In this document: positions 26,419-32,000 of the stretch, piece after piece
How positions within the stretch are numbered: position 1 is the stretch's first letter
Layout: every line of letters begins with the position of its first letter
DNA from: an uncultured Bacilli bacterium
GTDB lineage: Bacteria > Bacillota_I > Bacilli_A > RF39 > UBA660
DNA length: 32,000 bases
Assembly: GCA_947632415.1 (NCBI GenBank)
Contig: CANRPB010000003.1
Coordinates: 1 to 32,000 of the forward strand
Direction of reading: 5' to 3'
The notes under the pieces: model-generated
What the model saw: the letters and a program-made list of their open reading frames with translations, nothing else
What the model was told of the DNA's origin: nothing
Databases searched by the model: none
Translations under genes and position numbers: made by a program

Positions 26419-27507
26419 CATATTATCCTATGTCACCATAGGTACTGACTATATCTTCTACTTTTATAAGTAGTCGTCCGCTTCGAGTTGGTGCCTATCT
26501 CCAACCCTACTCCCTTACATTCATCAGGGATAGTCGATACACTTTTATCAAAGTTTTTCTAATGTAAAATTTTTTACAGTAAAAATTTTTCCATATTTAT
26601 AGGCATCTCCACTAAATGTTTTTGTATTAACACCAAAATATTTTTCCCCAGCAGTATAATTTGGAAAATCTTTTGTTTCATTAGTAATATTATTTGTAAT
26701 TCTAACTGGTTGTGCTTTTCTATTATTTTTATATCTGGTATAATCTGTCATATATTCATCATTTTGATATGCAAAAATCCATAAACCTTTATAAGCATAT
26801 TTTGTTTTATGAGAAGCTCTTCGTGTAATAAAATTGTGGTTTTTTTCATTAAAATATTTTTGACATTCACTACAAGAATCAAAAAATAATTCTTCTTCTG
26901 TATCTATATTTTTACATTTAATTTTTGTAGCATTAGGATTTTTTCCACCTTTTTTAGACTCACTAAGTTTTTGTTTAGTAATATCCATTTCTTCTTTTAT
27001 GCGACCAGAATAACTATCTCCTCCACGAGTTACAGCATCTAAAATATTATATCCTTTATGAATTGCATCATATTTATGAATATAATAATTTTCTAATTTA
27101 TTTAATTCATCTTGATTCGTAGCAGAAGTATCTATCGCTTCAATTTTAAAATTTTCTTTACCATATTTTCTAATTGCTCTTGCAAAGTGAGTCTGTCCTG
27201 TTTTTGCATATGATAAATGAGATTTCCATCTTTCTTGAATAGTTTTAGTGGTTTGCCCAATATAAATTTTATTATTTATTAAATTTGTAATTTTATAAAC
27301 TGTAAACATTCATTATCTCCTTATTGTCGTAGTTTTTTTACCTATTATTTATAATTTTTACAATAAGAAGATTATTGAATTTTGACCATTTTTCCTTTGA
27401 TACTTAGCACGGTCTCAACTCTAAGAGTCCTAACCGTTAGCATTTACTTTAGTAAATACACCCTCTGGCGAGGTTCAAACGATTTTACATGAGCTGTAGC
27501 TTAGCTT
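26419..27507 (-). mobile_element. group I intron in nrdD carrying a homing endonuclease gene
   Basis: Exon 1 ends ..DCYPCMG and exon 2 starts CRSFL. I recall the conserved class III RNR sequence as MGCRSFL. The last exon-1 base is U and the last intron base is G. The exon-1 end AUGGGU (27513-27508) can pair with intron GCUCAU (27494-27489), including the U.G pair at the splice site. An in-frame stop follows 10 codons into the intron. Confidence 0.75.
26548..27309 (-). CDS. GIY-YIG homing endonuclease (intron-encoded)
   Basis: N-terminal VYKITNLINNKIYIGQT...ERWKSH GIY-YIG module. Lies wholly inside the nrdD intervening sequence, behind aaggag. Confidence 0.85.
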   Translation of the reverse strand: MFTVYKITNLINNKIYIGQTTKTIQERWKSHLSYAKTGQTHFARAIRKYGKENFKIEAIDTSATNQDELNKLENYYIHKYDAIHKGYNILDAVTRGGDSYSGRIKEEMDITKQKLSESKKGGKNPNATKIKCKNIDTEEELFFDSCSECQKYFNEKNHNFITRRASHKTKYAYKGLWIFAYQNDEYMTDYTRYKNNRKAQPVRITNNITNETKDFPNYTAGEKYFGVNTKTFSGDAYKYGKIFTVKNFTLEKL

Positions 27508-28683
27508 ACCCATGCACGGATAGCAATCTCCAGTCCCGTTAGGATTAATTTTCTGCTCTTTCATAACTTTTTCAGAAATATAATCGGGAACCATTCTTTT
27601 TGCGGTACATTCTGCAGCGAGCTCTGTTAAGTACCAATAAGGAGCATCTTCTGAAATATTATCTTCCTCAAGAACATAAAGTAATTTAGGAAACGCTACT
27701 GTAATATATTGTCCAGCTTCATTTTTCATACCTTGAATACGCTGCCGCAATGTTTCTTCGATAAGCATTGCAAGTTCTTCTTTATATTCTTCTGTCTCTC
27801 CTAAATACATACAAATACTAACAAAAGGAGTTTGCGCGCGTGCTACACAAAAAGAATTAATTTGATAATTTAAAGTTTGAATAGCATCTTGCACTTCTTT
27901 GCGAGTATCCTTCATTGCAAGTAGTTCAACTTGTTTAGGAGTCAAGTCTTCTTCCATATATTTTTCAAGATAACGTTCATAAGAATCCCGCACAAAAGGT
28001 GCTAAGTGAGTCAATGTAATAGTTTGTCCGCCATATTGCGCTCCGCTAACCGCCGCAATAATTTGTGAAGCAATAGTTGCGGCAGTTATAAGACGATGCG
28101 GTTTTTCAATCATAATGCCATTAATAACGGTGCCATTTTGTAACATGTCTTCTAAATTGACTAAACAACAATTAGTATACGTTCTTTCTGCACTAAAATC
28201 AATGTCATGAATATGAATTTGACCTAAATCATGCGCTTCTACTGCGGCTTTTGGAAAAATAAACTCTCTTGCTAAATCTGTGTCAATAATACCAGCGATA
28301 TAATCTCTTTGCGTGACAGCTAGTTTTGAATCTTTATTGCTATTTTCTGTACGCCAATATTCATTATCGCCGCGGATCATTTCTAAAATTTCTGCTTCAT
28401 TACGATTTTTTCTAATCAATTCTCTTTTATATCTATATCTAATATATGCTCTAGCTTCATCATAATAGCCCCATACCATAAGGGCAGTTTCTACCAAGTC
28501 TTGAATTTCTTCTACTGAAATAATAGGATTAGGCCATTGTTGAATTAAATCATCAATATCATCAAGAATTTCTTCATCATCAAATTCTTCTTCTAAGTCT
28601 TCAAAAGCCCCTGCAATAGCTACAGCAATTTTATCTAAATCATAAGGTACTAATGATTCATCTCGTTTCATAACTTGTACCAT
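27508..28683 (-). CDS. nrdD: anaerobic ribonucleoside-triphosphate reductase, exon 1
   Basis: ATG 28683 has aaggag 6 nt upstream (the ORF-track start at 28689 is a TTG). ATP-cone-like N-terminus VMKRDESLVPYDLDKIAVAI. The ORF-track tail KLSYSSCKIV is intron read-through. Confidence 0.85.
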
Positions 28684-28742
28684 AGGCAACTCCTTTTTTT
28701 TAGATTATATATAAGTATATAAAATTTAAAATGTATAAATTA

Positions 28743-29357
28743 TTATAATTTACCCATTTCATTTAGTCTTTTTAAAATTTCATTAACAGCTAATAAACTC
28801 GATTCTAACCCATTATTACTATTAGTTTGTTTAATAATAATAGGAGCTACTTTAGAATTATGTTTTAGCCATGTTTTAAATCCTAAAAAATCTTTAAAAT
28901 CTGCAAACATACGACGTATATATTCAAAAGACCATTGATTTTCTCTCTCTTTTGCCCTCTTTAAACGACTAGGCCAATTTAATTCTAAAAACACAGGGAT
29001 AGTATAGTTAAATAGTTCACTATCCATTAAATGTTTAATCCCATTTGGATCTACTACTGCAATATTAAATCCATCTTTAAACTCATCTGTACTTATCCCA
29101 TAAAAATTATTATTAAACTCTGTAGATTCTATATATTTCCCCGCAGATAATTTTTCTAAAAATGTAAGTTTTGATACAAAATGATAATCTGTGCCATCTT
29201 TCTCATTTCTTCTTTGCATACGAGTTGTATCACTTACTACAAAATGGACAGGAAGGTACTTCTGTACTAGTGCTCTAAGCAACTGTCTTGCAACGGTGTC
29301 TTTTCCTGTCGCACTTTTCCCGCATATTGCTATTAAAACTTTATCCATTAATTTCAT
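28743..29357 (-). CDS. guanylate-kinase-like nucleoside monophosphate kinase
   Basis: P-loop CGKSATGKDT and SDTTRMQRRNEKDGTDYHFVS (the TTR.pR..E.dG.dY.F motif of guanylate kinases). Confidence 0.7.
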   Translation of the reverse strand: MKLMDKVLIAICGKSATGKDTVARQLLRALVQKYLPVHFVVSDTTRMQRRNEKDGTDYHFVSKLTFLEKLSAGKYIESTEFNNNFYGISTDEFKDGFNIAVVDPNGIKHLMDSELFNYTIPVFLELNWPSRLKRAKERENQWSFEYIRRMFADFKDFLGFKTWLKHNSKVAPIIIKQTNSNNGLESSLLAVNEILKRLNEMGKL

Positions 29358-31998
29358 CCCATCTTTTATTTGTCATATCAAAAGTACCATCTTCATATAT
29401 ATTTGTAATTTTATATAGTTGATGTGATTCTGTTTTTTTGTACGTTTTTGCTATAAACATATCCCCTTTTCGTATGCCATTAACTACAATTAATGAACCT
29501 TTTTGAAACCATCCTGCTTCTCGTACTTTTTTAGTGCCATCTGACATAATTTCACTAATTCGTCTATTATATTTTGCATAATAATCTCTATTAAATTTTA
29601 CATGTACTACCCCACTATTTAGAGTTAAAATAGATACAATAGATTTTGTATCATCTTTCATAATAGCTGTCCCTGCTATTCTACATGTTTTATATATAGG
29701 AAAATCAATACCATTTCTTGTATACATGTAGTCTACGATTGGATTTTGCGGCAAGTCTTTATATTCTTTAATTTGCTCTAAACTTAAACGCGCCTCCCGC
29801 AATTCATGGTCATGATAATAGCATCCTAAACTATCCATCTCCCATTTTGATAACGTGCCTGCCGCATATTTATTCCATTGCTCTTGGAATAGTTCATCAT
29901 TTAATTTGTTTAATAATTCTTGTTTGTGTTGAGTTAAATAAGTTTTAGCTGGCGCCATTGCTTTATCATAACATTTCTTTTTCCAAATTTCTTTATCAAT
30001 AACGAGATGATTATCCTCAGTCTCTAATAAATCAATATCAAAAAATTGAGAATAAAAATCATAATAATTATTTTCTATAATATATTTGTTATTTTTTAAT
30101 ACATTCTTTAATGCTTTATTAAAAATAAATACTCGTTTTTGGAAATCTAATTCATTTGGTAATAATCCTCGTTCATTTAAACCATTAAAGTTTTGCATTG
30201 TTATGCGCTTTTTAGGCTCACTAACAATTTGCATATATTCTTTCATATTTTCTATACGATCATTAAATTGGTCAAATGCACCGGATTTAATTAATGAAAC
30301 CATTACTGTTTTATTACAAGATGTCCTATTTATAAAATCTTGCATACTTGTATATGGCCTTTTTTCAATAATTTCTTGAATAATTTCTCCACCAACACCA
30401 TTTAATGCTTTCATACCATATAAAATTGTATTATTCTCAATATCTGGCTCAAACATATATTGAGAACGATTAATATCAATTAATGAAATATGAATACCAT
30501 GATTTTTCATATTTCCTACTGCAGTTGCAATTTTACCATAATTCGTTGTAGCATCTTCATCTAACCCGCTATCCACTCGTAGACAGGCAGTGTTCCAATA
30601 GATAGGATTAAAATAAGTCGCTAAATAGATAGTTTGTAACCCAACATAAGAATATGCTAGTGAATGAATCATAGAAAAACTATATCCCAACTGAATTTTT
30701 ATTAATACCTCCCAAACATATTCCCCTAAAGCCGCACTCTTTGCTTTACTTAATACTTGTTCTTGAAGTTTAGGGATCTCATCCATTTTCTTTTTTGCAA
30801 CAATTTTTCTAGCTTTATTTGCTTCTGCTAACGTAAACCCACATATATCTTGATCCATTAAAATCATCATCATATCTTCTTGTTGCGCGGGTGTGCCATA
30901 ATTTGCTTTACAATATTTCTCTAACGTACGCTGTTCTTCTTTAGATAAACCCCATCTATTCATTTCATCATACCAAAGAAATAAATTATCTTTTAATCGT
31001 TTATATCGCTCAGTTGGTGTTTCTCCGCCTTTCTCTTGCGCCATAAGCCGCATAATTGAATTACATGTTGCCATTTCTTGCGGGCTTTGTGGTTTTAATG
31101 TTTTAATAGTTTGCCCACCAACTAAACTATCAAATTGGAATAATTTTAAAATATTTCCACTAATTGCTGCGTCCCATAATTTTTTATCTTCTATTGGTAA
31201 TACGTCAGGATGCAAATATTTATTATATAATTCTCGTAAAGTTAAATTAGATTCAATTTCTCCATGATCTTGTAATATTTGAAGACATTGCGTAATTACA
31301 TCTTGAATTTCTGTTACTAAGAAGTCATATTTAACGTCTCCTACATATTCTGCATCTTCAAGAGAAAATTGTGTTGTAATTGCTCCATTACGAGCTTTCA
31401 TAAAGCATGCCGATTCATATGGATCATTACCATAAAATACAACGCCAGATGCATGAATCCCTCGTCTACTAATTAATCCTTCAATTTTTTCAATAATTTC
31501 TAATAATCCAGGATATTTATTTACTTCATTTAAAAAAGTTTTAACAGGCTTCCTGTCTTTCTCTTTATTCCCATAAACTACATCGGCAATAGGCCATAAA
31601 AAACCCCTCTCTGATGGAATCAGAGACGACATATATTGTGCTATATCATTATCGATACCATGCGGAAATTGTTCTGTACTATACCCTCTACAGGCTGTTG
31701 CAATCGCTGATTTAGTTGATTCAGTACCATAAGTACATACTTGGATACAGCCTAATTCTCCTCGTTCTTCTCTAATTTTGGCAAAAATTTCTTCCCTTTT
31801 ACTGGGGCAGATATCTATGTCAATATCAGGTAATTCTGTTCGAGATTTGTTGAGGAACCTCCAGTAAGGAAGTTCATTCTTCAGCGGGTCTAATTGAGTA
31901 ATTCCCAGCAGGTAGTGATTCAATCCTGAACAAGCGCTACCTCTTCCAGCACCTACAGTGCTCCCGCATTCCCAAATTAGATCAATATATTTCTGCAA
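29341..31998 (-). CDS. dnaE: DNA polymerase III alpha (DnaE-type) replicative polymerase, N-terminus outside the window
   Basis: GRGSACSGLNHYLLGITQLDPL, LPDIDIDI and GIHASGVVF match conserved DnaE palm/fingers motifs. The reading frame is open to the window edge. Confidence 0.85.
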   Translation of the reverse strand: MQKYIDLIWECGSTVGAGRGSACSGLNHYLLGITQLDPLKNELPYWRFLNKSRTELPDIDIDICPSKREEIFAKIREERGELGCIQVCTYGTESTKSAIATACRGYSTEQFPHGIDNDIAQYMSSLIPSERGFLWPIADVVYGNKEKDRKPVKTFLNEVNKYPGLLEIIEKIEGLISRRGIHASGVVFYGNDPYESACFMKARNGAITTQFSLEDAEYVGDVKYDFLVTEIQDVITQCLQILQDHGEIESNLTLRELYNKYLHPDVLPIEDKKLWDAAISGNILKLFQFDSLVGGQTIKTLKPQSPQEMATCNSIMRLMAQEKGGETPTERYKRLKDNLFLWYDEMNRWGLSKEEQRTLEKYCKANYGTPAQQEDMMMILMDQDICGFTLAEANKARKIVAKKKMDEIPKLQEQVLSKAKSAALGEYVWEVLIKIQLGYSFSMIHSLAYSYVGLQTIYLATYFNPIYWNTACLRVDSGLDEDATTNYGKIATAVGNMKNHGIHISLIDINRSQYMFEPDIENNTILYGMKALNGVGGEIIQEIIEKRPYTSMQDFINRTSCNKTVMVSLIKSGAFDQFNDRIENMKEYMQIVSEPKKRITMQNFNGLNERGLLPNELDFQKRVFIFNKALKNVLKNNKYIIENNYYDFYSQFFDIDLLETEDNHLVIDKEIWKKKCYDKAMAPAKTYLTQHKQELLNKLNDELFQEQWNKYAAGTLSKWEMDSLGCYYHDHELREARLSLEQIKEYKDLPQNPIVDYMYTRNGIDFPIYKTCRIAGTAIMKDDTKSIVSILTLNSGVVHVKFNRDYYAKYNRRISEIMSDGTKKVREAGWFQKGSLIVVNGIRKGDMFIAKTYKKTESHQLYKITNIYEDGTFDMTNKRWDEING

Positions 31999-32000
31999 AA

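Noticed and set aside
22591-30379. Internal or antisense ORFs in the minus-strand block (22591..22842 -, 23408..23698 +, 24525..24758 -, 25018..25257 +, 29191..29418 +, 30086..30379 +)
   Set aside because: Each is nested in, or antisense to, a longer gene that has recognisable motifs or lies in the packed minus-strand gene set (dut, the 23329..23595 and 23577..23945 hypothetical genes, the endonuclease-like gene, the kinase, dnaE). Low-complexity AT-rich translations.

Overview
Low-GC tailed-phage (or prophage) segment made of two convergent gene blocks. The plus strand (25-21683) carries tightly packed late genes: four large virion or baseplate-type proteins (25-7868), an elaborate tail-fibre region (7884-18060) and a lysis cassette (18229-21683). 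The minus strand (21823-32000) carries replication and nucleotide-metabolism genes: RuvC-like resolvase, dUTPase, class III anaerobic ribonucleotide reductase NrdD with activase NrdG, a guanylate-kinase-like kinase and a 5'-truncated DnaE-type polymerase. The blocks meet at three hairpins (21692-21829). Four things stand out. (1) A complete diversity-generating retroelement sits between two paralogous tail-fibre genes: VR 10397-10500, TR 10604-10707, reverse transcriptase 10833-11906. 14 of 17 TR/VR mismatches are at TR adenines, and no avd gene is recognisable. (2) A four-gene cassette (13314-16638) encodes a 442-aa protein with about 77 cysteines in C-x3-C / C-x2-C register, a small partner protein and a radical SAM/SPASM maturase. 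This is a RiPP-like modification system sitting in the tail-fibre gene block, and it is experimentally uncharacterised as far as I know. (3) Three tandem genes (16734-18060) share an MKLLD..GG N-terminus and each has a G8 homopolymer just after the start. Only one is in frame, which suggests a polyG phase-variable cassette array. (4) The nrd locus carries recoding and selfish features: a group I intron with a GIY-YIG homing endonuclease splitting nrdD, a frameshifted free-standing endonuclease-like gene, and a 7-nt interruption of nrdG with take-off/stop/landing codon architecture. All functional calls rest on motifs recognised in the supplied translations and on hand alignment. No database or HMM search was possible.
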